From positions 64,001 to 128,000 of the IMG/VR virus record IMGVR_UViG_3300010163_000006: 64,000 bases of DNA. One strand, given 5' to 3'. Made by a program: the position numbers and the translations under genes. Of this stretch, positions 30,846-39,493 are shown one piece after another (the stretch's first letter is position 1; each line of letters starts with the position of its first letter). Below the pieces are notes generated by a model that saw only the letters and a program-made list of their open reading frames with translations, was not told the origin of the DNA and searched no databases. The stretch is from a virus (lineage: Duplodnaviria > Caudoviricetes).

Positions 30846-32372
30846 ACCATTACTCTACAAGACCCAACTTTGATGAACCATTACTGAACCAAACCGCGCT
30901 TTGCCTTACAACACTTGGCATCGCCGCACCGTAACACCGCTATACTGGGCTGAACTATGCCTTTACGCAACAGCACTATTCGACGCTACACCATAACTTC
31001 ACAATACCCACGCGGTACAATGCGTTACAGGACATAGCCTTTACTGGTACCATTCGACACCTTACCTGCACATGACATCGCCACCTATCACAACACAACA
31101 CCAATACAGAACAATACCGAACGCCACACTACCTTTACGATACATACGAACACGAAGCTCAATATTACTATACTTAACATTACCCGTTACGTGACCATGC
31201 GGCACCTGACCTTACCAAAACATTACTCTACGCCTCCTGGCTTTACCCAAACATTACGCTCGCAGCATTACTGCACCATCACAGCACCATACGTAAACTG
31301 ACTATACATTACCGATACAATACGAATCAGTACGGAACATCACGGAACCCATTACGTAACGTAACGCCACTTGACCGAACTGCACCCTCACAAAACTATC
31401 CCATACTGTACCATTAATGTACACTGCGTGACTAAACACGACTCTACCTGTACTTTACTATGAGCAACGTATCTCCGCTCCGCTTTACCTTTACTAAGCA
31501 TTACCTGGTATTGCTTAACCTTGCCTATACGATACCAAGCGTGGCATTTCTTCACCGCACCGTTTACTCTACATTACTCGACTTCACTCCAACATTACCC
31601 TCACATGGCATCATAAGACCACACTTTACCTTTACGACACCTCACAGAACAGGACCAAACCATGCCTGAACATTACCTTTAGATCACAATACGCGACGAT
31701 ACTTCACCTTACCATTACCAGAGAAAACGTCACCATACCGATACCGCAACCATGCTTCACCTTACTTAACCCTTACTTGGCTTGGCGGAACAAAACTATA
31801 CTATACCGTTACATAATCATACCGCACCCGGCCTTACCCATAACATCACAAAACTTTTCTGTACACTTCCTTTGCGGAAACTATGCCCGACACAGCATCA
31901 CGACACTATACCGGAACGCCACGTCACTCTACGGTACACCACCATGCTATACCAGCACAGTGCATTACTTGACATTGCTTTACCTTACCAATGCTGTACA
32001 TCACAATACCATTACGAAACAATACCAGACTGCAACTCACCGCGCATCACCTATGCTAAACATTACGTTCAAGACCCCGCTTTACTGAACCTTGACAAAA
32101 CCAAACAGTGCCTCACCGAAGCATTACTTGACATTGCTTGACCATACTTCACATCACCTTTACTGAACGTTATGAGACAAAGCGTCACCTCACAGCACCA
32201 TTACTTGGCAAAACTTCACGTGACACGACGATACTTCACCTTACCATTACCCAACATGACAATATGACACCATGCGTTGCCGTTAGCCATACATAACACA
32301 ACATGCCCTCACAACGCAATACCTTTACAGAACATAAAAGCTCAGCACTACACTTCACCGATACGTCACATA
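30846..32372 (-). ncRNA. Pentamer-periodic array 2, (NN-NGY)n; candidate guide-RNA array
   Basis: Plus strand ACCATT actct acaag accca acttt gatga ACCATT actga accaa accgc gcttt gcctt acaac acttg gcatc gccgc ACCGTA...; about 1.5 kb, starting right after the stop codon of the 32373 gene. Confidence 0.75.
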
Positions 32373-33677
32373 TTATTGTTGAGATAAAATGTCATAATAT
32401 CGAGAGACGTCAAATCCCAGTTTGTTTAGCTTGTCTATAAATTCCTTATAAGACTTCCGACCCAGATTTCGTATCTTCATTATATCTTCAGGAGCAGTAG
32501 ATAATATATCACCAATTGTACGGATTCCTCCGCATTTCAGGGAATTGAAAGTCCTGACACTTAAGTCGATTAAATCTATATCCGTATCCTCTGTAAATTC
32601 AGGTATCTTCCCATCAACATCGAGAGAAATTTCTTGTGTTCGCAGTACCCCATACTTAAGAATCATCAACGCTCTTTTGTCCGCGATAATAGCGTTCGAT
32701 ATTTCTTCAACTGATTGTCTGGTATCAATACCCAAAATATGGATCAGAAATTCGACAGTCTCGACGTCACAAAGGTTGTCATCGAGATATCTCATGTTGT
32801 ATATGTTTTCATACACACGTCTACCCAAGCGTGTAGAATTCTTTTCAACAAGATGCCGCAGCTTGTTTTTGTGTTCTCCATAAACGATAGTCCTTAGTGC
32901 TCGGGCTTCTATTTGTCTTATTCTATCCGGAGTAAGATTGTATTCATTTGCTATCTCTGTCAGAGTCATGTGATCAATAAACCTCTTGTCAAGTATATCA
33001 ATATCTCTAATTTGTCTAATTGATCTTTGAATAAAGAGCTCGATATCTGTAGTATCTGTTCCGATAATTTCAAGATCATCTGAAAAGAAATCCATACCGT
33101 CTACTGCTGCAGCGATTAAGTTCCATGGATAGAGACTATATTGCACGGGGTATATGTTGGATATCATCTTTTCCATCCGTGTGAAATAAGGATTCTCTTT
33201 GTAATGGTAGATCTTTGCACAAGCGATTATGTTCGCAAGTTCACGCACGGTCTTGTAGATGTGGTTGTTATTTATCACCATCTCAAGTAGGTCTGGTTCT
33301 AACCATAATCGTGAGATTGTGACGTCGGGAGAAAACTTCGATAAACGGATATCCTCAGTTTTCCAGAACTTTGATTTCAGCTTATCGGTAGGGATACTAA
33401 CCCTTTGGGATACTAATGTCATTCCTGTATGTTCACTAATTGATTTCGGAGAAACTCCTAATATATTCCTATAACCAAAAGCGATTAATGTGTCGTCACC
33501 GATGGTTGACAAAAGATCGTCAATCTTTTTCATGAGTTTATCCTCATTGATTTCTTCAATATCATTCAGAGACAATCCCGGGAGAAATCCCTTCTCGATC
33601 AATCTCGTTATGATTGTTTTCACATCGACACCGGCTTCGAATACGTGGTTGTTAATAACTAATTCGCTAAACTTCAT
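32373..33677 (-). CDS. Sigma70 region-4 HTH + RNA polymerase alpha-CTD fusion protein (putative transcription regulator)
   Basis: ILDKRFIDHMTLTEIANEYNLTPDRIRQIEARALR (sigma region 4) and IDLIDLSVRTFNSLKCGGIRTIGDI...IMKIRNLGRKSYKEF (alpha-CTD). Confidence 0.85.
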   Translation of the reverse strand: MKFSELVINNHVFEAGVDVKTIITRLIEKGFLPGLSLNDIEEINEDKLMKKIDDLLSTIGDDTLIAFGYRNILGVSPKSISEHTGMTLVSQRVSIPTDKLKSKFWKTEDIRLSKFSPDVTISRLWLEPDLLEMVINNNHIYKTVRELANIIACAKIYHYKENPYFTRMEKMISNIYPVQYSLYPWNLIAAAVDGMDFFSDDLEIIGTDTTDIELFIQRSIRQIRDIDILDKRFIDHMTLTEIANEYNLTPDRIRQIEARALRTIVYGEHKNKLRHLVEKNSTRLGRRVYENIYNMRYLDDNLCDVETVEFLIHILGIDTRQSVEEISNAIIADKRALMILKYGVLRTQEISLDVDGKIPEFTEDTDIDLIDLSVRTFNSLKCGGIRTIGDILSTAPEDIMKIRNLGRKSYKEFIDKLNKLGFDVSRYYDILSQQ

Positions 33678-33769
33678 AACTTTCTCCTTCCGAACCTATC
33701 ACAGGTTCTGCTTATTAATTATTTTAAGTATGAATAATATGAAAGCAACCACTTTCTTCTTATTCGCAT

Positions 33770-33784
33770 AAATAATATATATTT
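33770..33784 (-). promoter_or_regulatory. Phage promoter motif AAATATATATTATTT
   Basis: Exact motif copy about 90 nt upstream of ATG 33677. Confidence 0.65.
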
Positions 33785-33908
33785 ATAAAATATAAATAAT
33801 AACCAGCATAATAGAAAATGAAAAAGAAAAATGGAGCCGGGCATTATGCCCGGCGTTAGAGAAAGAATTAGTAGGATAAATTTGTTCCGTAGTTTGTAGA
33901 ACACGGAG

Positions 33909-33954
33909 TGGTTGTGGTAGAGGAATTCGAATCTCCGGAATGACAGAGTCAAAT
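33909..33954 (-). pseudogene. 3'-half tRNA remnant (Gln-like)
   Basis: Minus strand ...TTTGACTCTGTCATTCCGGAGATTCGAATTCCTCTACCACAACCA: TTG anticodon context, T-loop and CCA, but no 5' half. Confidence 0.5.
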
Positions 33955-33964
33955 CAATACCACA

Positions 33965-34040
33965 TGGTTGGGATGCCCAGATTCGAACTGGGGGAATTAC
34001 GGGGTCAAGGCCCGCCGCATTACCGCTTTGCTACACCCCA
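33965..34040 (-). tRNA. tRNA-Gln(TTG)
   Basis: Cloverleaf: acceptor TGGGGTG/CATCCCA, anticodon arm GCGGG-CCTTGAC-CCCGT, TTCGAAT T-loop, encoded CCA. Confidence 0.88.
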
Positions 34041-34113
34041 ATTTACTTCCCTTTTGTATATTGGTTGCCTTTAAACTTATGACCCATTGCGTTTTGACGA
34101 TACCACAATATTT

Positions 34114-34188
34114 TGGTGACGCGTATGAGGATCGAACTCACGTCACCGCCGTGAAAGGGCGGTGTCTTAACCACTTGACTAACGCGCC
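34114..34188 (-). tRNA. tRNA-Glu(TTC)
   Basis: Acceptor GGCGCGT/ACGCGTC, anticodon arm CCGCC-CTTTCAC-GGCGG, TTCGATC T-loop, CCA. Confidence 0.93.
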
Positions 34189-34192
34189 AGTT

Positions 34193-34267
34193 TGGAGGTC
34201 CCGTCCAGAGTTGAACTGGAGATCGTGGTGTTGCGGACCACTGTCTTAACCTCTTGACTACGGGATC
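34193..34267 (-). tRNA. tRNA-Cys(GCA)
   Basis: Anticodon arm GTGGT-CCGCAAC-ACCAC, U73 discriminator, TTCAACT T-loop, CCA. Confidence 0.87.
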
Positions 34268-34395
34268 ATGTGGATTAGATGTGTATTTTTAATGGACCGT
34301 TATATTCCACATTACCTCCTCCGTTGATACAGAGCTGCAGTGTGTCAACTTCTGGTGTTCTCGGATTTTAAACTAATGATACACATAATCCACTT

Positions 34396-34473
34396 TGGTG
34401 GGATATGCTGGATTCGAACCAGCGTCATAACGCCGTGCACAACGTATACTTTTCCCCGCTAAAATAATATCCC
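34396..34473 (-). tRNA. Degenerate tRNA, anticodon undetermined
   Basis: Perfect acceptor GGGATAT/ATATCCC, T-arm GCTGG-TTCGAAT-CCAGC and CCA, but irregular anticodon arm. Confidence 0.55.
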
Positions 34474-34476
34474 ATT

Positions 34477-34552
34477 TGGTGGATGGTGATGGAGTTGAAC
34501 CACTATTCTCATTATCGTCGTGATAATGCACTTTCCTTAAGCTACATGCGTC
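34477..34552 (-). pseudogene. Pseudo-tRNA
   Basis: T-loop GGTTCAACTCC and CCA present, CATTATC/GATAATG hairpin, poorly paired acceptor stem. Confidence 0.45.
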
Positions 34553-35058
34553 ATTTTATATTTATACGTCTGCCAAGGGATCTACATACGGTGTACATGG
34601 AAATAGATCAAATATCCCTTTGTTCCAGTCATCAAACAGATCGTCTTTACTGATTGTCGGATTGCCTTCCCTTGCCATGATTGTTGAAAGAGAGCAATTG
34701 GTACACTATACGCATCCTATTACATATTTCTTATCTCCTTTTGACACTTCGCGTGTTACATATTTTACTTTATCGGCAGAATTACACCGAGGACATGGAT
34801 TGATATTCATGTATGCCATCCTTTACCAAGACATCTTTATGTAGTATGAATTTAAAAATATATAATAAACAAAATGTGTATCGGGGCTCGGGAAGCGACC
34901 CCTCCTCCTCACTCAATGCATAGCCATGGTACATTGAGGTCTGGTGTTCTCATTAACTTTAAACTATTAACACATTTCATTTATTATTGTAATCGCCAAC
35001 CCAGACGATCACCACATTCGCCACACCTGATGGTCTCCCTATCGAATGCATTCCTCGT

Positions 35059-35143
35059 TGGTGACTGAGGTGGGACTCGAACCCACATACCTTTCGATAC
35101 GGGTACTTGAAGCCCGCGCGTCTGCCAATTCCGCCACTCAGGC
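35059..35143 (-). tRNA. tRNA-Leu(CAA)
   Basis: GCGGAATTGGCAGACGC D-arm, loop TTCAAGT, long variable arm, GTGGG-TTCGAGT-CCCAC, CCA. Confidence 0.88.
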
Positions 35144-35360
35144 AAATGGGACGCATCATGGCCTTTACCTAACAACGAGGGAAGCCTCCTATGATACGTC
35201 CATTTATAGAGGTCAACACACCATCACTCTTCCAATGACGATGTGTATATTACTGTAATAATATTATCTAAAAATATTTGGTGTTAAATGACCTTCCTTT
35301 ACTGCAAACAGTTTATACATGATAAATCTCCTTATTTATTCATCTGATAACAGATCGAGA

Positions 35361-35972
35361 TTATCCGTATCTTTTGAATACATAGCCTGCTTTGATTAAC
35401 TTATTGAAAAGGTCGGACGATATTTGTATCTTTGTCACTTTTCCCTTGGTAAATACCAGCACTTCAAAGATGGTAGGATCTTCGATAACCACCATGTAAT
35501 CACAATTGACCATGATATCGATGATTCGTTCATCTTCTTTTGTCAGCACATGTCTATTCCAAGTAGCAACGTCAAGTCTATACAGTCCCGGAAGAGTCAA
35601 ACCAAGTGACACGATTTTCATTTGTTCGGCTAAATGTTTCTCATTTACGATCATAAACGGTTTTGAATACTTTGTACAGATATCCATCTCAACACAACAT
35701 CCATGAGAGAGCTCGTATTTTGAGTCAAACAGAACAATGTCGGCTTCCGACATACATTCCATTATTCCTCTTCCGAGGAAATACAACGATGCATCCTTGT
35801 GTATGTCTTCGATGTCTTTGTCGTCAGATTTCATATTAACGAGCCATTCAACATTACCATACTTCTTTGTGAAGTAAGGACCATAAGTGTTCTTTATCTC
35901 GTCGATACGGGTTTTAATTGCTTCTTCTGTTCTGCCTGACATAGGCAGGCAGATCATTACCTTAATAATCAT
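35361..35972 (-). CDS. DUF4406/nucleoside-deoxyribosyltransferase-like protein
   Basis: ICLPMSG...MSEADIVLF...SHGCCVE pattern. Confidence 0.55.
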   Translation of the reverse strand: MIIKVMICLPMSGRTEEAIKTRIDEIKNTYGPYFTKKYGNVEWLVNMKSDDKDIEDIHKDASLYFLGRGIMECMSEADIVLFDSKYELSHGCCVEMDICTKYSKPFMIVNEKHLAEQMKIVSLGLTLPGLYRLDVATWNRHVLTKEDERIIDIMVNCDYMVVIEDPTIFEVLVFTKGKVTKIQISSDLFNKLIKAGYVFKRYG

Positions 35973-36054
35973 TTGATCATTTCCTTTCTCGTTATTGGTG
36001 GTAAATCTGGTGGTGGTGCCTCACAATCATCAGGACACCACATCGACCATACCT

Positions 36055-36312
36055 CTAAACTCGTAAACCTAAGAAGTAACTGGTACCTTGTAGAGTAATT
36101 ATCCTAACATCTTTCTGCTGCATACAATACTTGACAGTATCATCCATGTAACTGAGATACGGGATAATGAGGTAATCAATTCCTTCAGGATCATTGTAAT
36201 CCCTAACTATAAATCCTTTGAATTCGAGCTCATGTAGTAGACTCGAGCATGATTTAAGGGGTTCAACAATCCCAACATGTGGGAGTCTTTCTCTGCAGTC
36301 ATTGTCTGTCAT
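36055..36312 (-). CDS. Hypothetical protein
   Basis: AGGAGGAG RBS; promoter motif at 36362-36376. Confidence 0.6.
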   Translation of the reverse strand: MTDNDCRERLPHVGIVEPLKSCSSLLHELEFKGFIVRDYNDPEGIDYLIIPYLSYMDDTVKYCMQQKDVRIITLQGTSYFLGLRV

Positions 36313-36388
36313 TACTATCTCCTCCTAAGTATAATTCAAATGGAATCCCATTTGTTCATAAAAATAATATATGTATATAAAAATGAAA

Positions 36389-36414
36389 TTCAGGGGGTGT
36401 TAACACCCCCTGAA
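36389..36414 (-). terminator. Terminator hairpin downstream of the RNAP beta' operon
   Basis: ttcagggggtgt-ta-acaccccctgaa. Confidence 0.75.
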
Positions 36415-36424
36415 TATTATATGA

Positions 36425-37819
36425 TTAAGAAGACATAAGTCCAAGACAGATGGTCGACCAATCCATCAGAGGTAATTCGATCTTTTCGGTAACGTAGTTA
36501 GTTACACAAGAGAAGTGGAACTTTTCGAAATGCTGAACGATTCCATCTTCTTTACATCCAAGGAATAAAGTATTCAGTTGGTCTCCATCAAAGTCCGCAT
36601 TAAAACCGGGAAGTGGTTCTGGAGGTAAACTGATCGTATCATCATTTACCTTGAAACGACGTATCTTTGCAATCTCAATAGAAGCAAAGTTGTTTGTCGG
36701 TTCTCTAAGGATCATGATCCATTGTTCTTTGTCGAGTATCTCTTGAAGGATATCGACTACCTCGGGATGAATCTTATAATCTCTGACATACAGATATGCC
36801 TGTTCAAGAGTGAAGTTATATCTGACAGATAAGATGTGTGTTATCTTGTACTGGAATGCGGTAATACACATTGGCAATGGCAGATCAACTTCATCGACGT
36901 TCAATGATATATCGAGGGTGATTACCGCACGACCAGAGAATGAAAACGTACCACCAACAATCTCTGATCTTACGAAACCATCCTTCTTTGAAACCTCATT
37001 CGTTATCAGATGCTCAGCAGCTTCAACCCAATAATTCTGAATAAAGTTCAATGCCTGAATCGTTTCGATTGGTAAAGCCATGTCTTTCAACTTGCATTGA
37101 ATCGAAACGATTTGTGAAAACCATTTATTGATCTTCGGGTAGAACATCGTCTCTGATGTCTTAGATACAGGACGGAATGCTGTTGAGTAGATCGGGATCT
37201 TCGAAGTGAACACAGCTTCTTTCTCTTGGATCAATGTCGCAAGTTCCTCTGTTGATTTACCACAAGCGGTCAATACCTCTTCGAATCTTTGGTAAAATAC
37301 ATCGTGTCCAAGACCTTCGTAAATCTGTTTCGACTTGGGTATTTTCTTCCTGATATATGCGATGTCGTTTTGTGCAATACGACCTGTTTTTCGGTTCTTT
37401 TTGTTCTCTGCAAAGTTCGTATCATTCTCATTATAAGGAACAGAGAAATCGGCCTTATAGTCTCCGAGAATATATTTCAACATATTTACAGACAATACTC
37501 TCTTGAGCATTGAATAATAGATTGGTGATATAACTTTGTGTGGAGATATATCAACCCATCCAGTATATTTAAAGTTCAATGAGCGAAGAGTGATCTCAGA
37601 GTTACAACGTGGGCATACTCGGCCAATGATATCTTGACCGATGAATGCACCACAGTCGCATCTGTACTCAACGTCCATGAACTTGGAAGAATTGATCAGT
37701 TGATCAACATTTACTGGAGCATACATATCTTCCTCTTCGTTGATTAAAAACCCATTGTGGGTAATCATGTCGATGATATACTCGTTCTCCAGATTTATTC
37801 TTTCAAGTGTGACGCCCAT
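36425..37819 (-). CDS. Phage multisubunit RNA polymerase beta' subunit, N-terminal half (probably non-virion RNAP)
   Basis: CDCG...CPRC zinc site, IPIYSTAFRP, FSGRAVIT, ILREPT, catalytic FNADFDGDQL near the C-terminus (split beta'). Confidence 0.92.
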   Translation of the reverse strand: MGVTLERINLENEYIIDMITHNGFLINEEEDMYAPVNVDQLINSSKFMDVEYRCDCGAFIGQDIIGRVCPRCNSEITLRSLNFKYTGWVDISPHKVISPIYYSMLKRVLSVNMLKYILGDYKADFSVPYNENDTNFAENKKNRKTGRIAQNDIAYIRKKIPKSKQIYEGLGHDVFYQRFEEVLTACGKSTEELATLIQEKEAVFTSKIPIYSTAFRPVSKTSETMFYPKINKWFSQIVSIQCKLKDMALPIETIQALNFIQNYWVEAAEHLITNEVSKKDGFVRSEIVGGTFSFSGRAVITLDISLNVDEVDLPLPMCITAFQYKITHILSVRYNFTLEQAYLYVRDYKIHPEVVDILQEILDKEQWIMILREPTNNFASIEIAKIRRFKVNDDTISLPPEPLPGFNADFDGDQLNTLFLGCKEDGIVQHFEKFHFSCVTNYVTEKIELPLMDWSTICLGLMSS

Positions 37820-37831
37820 GCTATGATCCTC

Positions 37832-39493
37832 CTATTTCATAAGCTCAAATAATTCAACAACCATGTCCAACAACAACAAGGTCATGTTTCCTGATTCATA
37901 GATCAATGGATTGTCCAATAACGATTCATCATTATGATTGACGATCGTGTATGAAGACAACACACAATTCATGATGTTCTCAACAAACACATTTACGTTC
38001 TTTTCAGAAAGCAAATATTCCTTAAGATTGTTGAGTTTAACATATTTCTTGATACCATTGATGTCCTTCTGTGTCAATGATCTCGTTGTGGTTGAAACCG
38101 TTTTTCCCATAAGGATATTAATGATGGGACTGTTGAGAGTGTCCTCTTCTGACAGACCATAGATATCCATTACGAGATGTCTGACATACAGCAACAGGAT
38201 ATACTTCTGCCTCATACTCAACGTGTTTGTTGAAATTGATGAATGGAACTTGTTGTACAATACCGTGTCAACAAGAATCTTCGAAAGATCATTCATTTGT
38301 GGTATGTGCTCGAGATAATAGTCGACAGGACTTACATCAATCTCCAACGCTATATGAGCGATGATGATATTCAAGTCCTTCAGCATACAACTGTATTCAC
38401 CGGGGTTAAATGAACGGATCATTGATATAGGTGAATTGGAACTGATGTTATCGGATAAGAGTTGTGACACATCATCAACATTCACAAGCGAATATCTTAA
38501 TTGACGTTTTCTCGTCAAGAACGATGCCTGCATGATGATTGCCTTTATCAATCCGACACATGAGTACGTCGGACGTTTATTGATCTTATCCCATGCTGAA
38601 GCAAATGTGAGCTTAATGAGTCCATCACACAAAAGGATTTTTCTCATGACGAATTGTGTTGTTGTTGGCGCAGTAACACCCTCAACTGCCTGCATATCGT
38701 AAATGTTTGCATTTGATGATATGCTCTGAATAACATTCTTGTTGACATAGTTATACAACAGAATGTACATGTGTGGGTTGATTTGATTCATCGCATATGA
38801 GAACGCACGAGCAAACAACTCATACATATTCTTTGGGGAGTTTCCTGTTAAACCAATAAAATGTTCAATAAAGATATGCATAACCTTTATCATGAATGAT
38901 ACGATATACATGTCTCTCAAGAAGTCCAAAGGGAACAATCCGACTGTATCATCACCGACATCGTTTTCCTCAACCATTTTTTTGATCTTGTCCATTGTCT
39001 TATCAGGAAACAGTATCTCATAGAGTTGCTTATAATACTCTTCAAAGGTTGCAATAGTATAAGTTTCACTGTCCGTGATATACTTTGCAATGAGCATTGA
39101 AGTGATGAGATCATTGTCATCATCATACAATGCCGTGAAGAAATTTATCTGTTCACAGATATAATTCTGCAAATCAACTCTTTTGGCTCTAAGTTGAAAT
39201 ACTTGGATGGAAGGATCGATAACATCATCCGGGAACAATGCCATGAAATTCACGAATATTTGAGAACCGTTGTGACGGATGATTATATCTTCCGGAATGG
39301 GTTCCCAATCAATGAATCGGGTTTTCTTGTATTTCCTTCCGTGCAAACCTGTTGGAAATCCATTATAAGGATATTCGGTGCCATGTTTTGCATTGTACGT
39401 ATACGTCGCATCAGGGTCATACGTATACGTGAGTGTCTTGGAAGATGGTTCTTTTTTGGCCATGACTCCCGTAACCTCCTTTTTTCTTTTCAT
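37832..39493 (-). CDS. Hypothetical 553-aa helical protein adjacent to beta' (candidate RNAP specificity subunit)
   Basis: Position in the operon and size only; no diagnostic motif. Confidence 0.35.
   Translation of the reverse strand: MKRKKEVTGVMAKKEPSSKTLTYTYDPDATYTYNAKHGTEYPYNGFPTGLHGRKYKKTRFIDWEPIPEDIIIRHNGSQIFVNFMALFPDDVIDPSIQVFQLRAKRVDLQNYICEQINFFTALYDDDNDLITSMLIAKYITDSETYTIATFEEYYKQLYEILFPDKTMDKIKKMVEENDVGDDTVGLFPLDFLRDMYIVSFMIKVMHIFIEHFIGLTGNSPKNMYELFARAFSYAMNQINPHMYILLYNYVNKNVIQSISSNANIYDMQAVEGVTAPTTTQFVMRKILLCDGLIKLTFASAWDKINKRPTYSCVGLIKAIIMQASFLTRKRQLRYSLVNVDDVSQLLSDNISSNSPISMIRSFNPGEYSCMLKDLNIIIAHIALEIDVSPVDYYLEHIPQMNDLSKILVDTVLYNKFHSSISTNTLSMRQKYILLLYVRHLVMDIYGLSEEDTLNSPIINILMGKTVSTTTRSLTQKDINGIKKYVKLNNLKEYLLSEKNVNVFVENIMNCVLSSYTIVNHNDESLLDNPLIYESGNMTLLLLDMVVELFELMK

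Noticed and set aside
29210-32141. Plus-strand ORFs 29210-29500, 31460-31669, 31777-32088 and 31782-32141
   Set aside because: T/H/Y/P/L-rich translations are artefacts of the G-poor 5-nt-periodic arrays. They have no RBS, are antisense to neighbouring genes, and period 5 does not fit codon structure.
29131-32372. Classical CRISPR array or simple microsatellite
   Set aside because: No recurring 25-40-nt direct repeat with unique spacers. Conservation is confined to 2 of every 5 positions, unlike slippage repeats.
32373-33677. Host rpoA or a full sigma factor indicating bacterial chromosome
   Set aside because: Only alpha-CTD and region 4 are recognisable, and the surrounding gene content is phage-like.
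35059-35143. Reading the Leu tRNA as a TCA (opal/Sec) suppressor, implying a recoded genome
   Set aside because: The stem register centres CAA in a 7-nt loop and the D-arm is Leu-type. Long ORFs are intact under the standard code, and TGA is used as a stop (e.g. ligase, recombinase).
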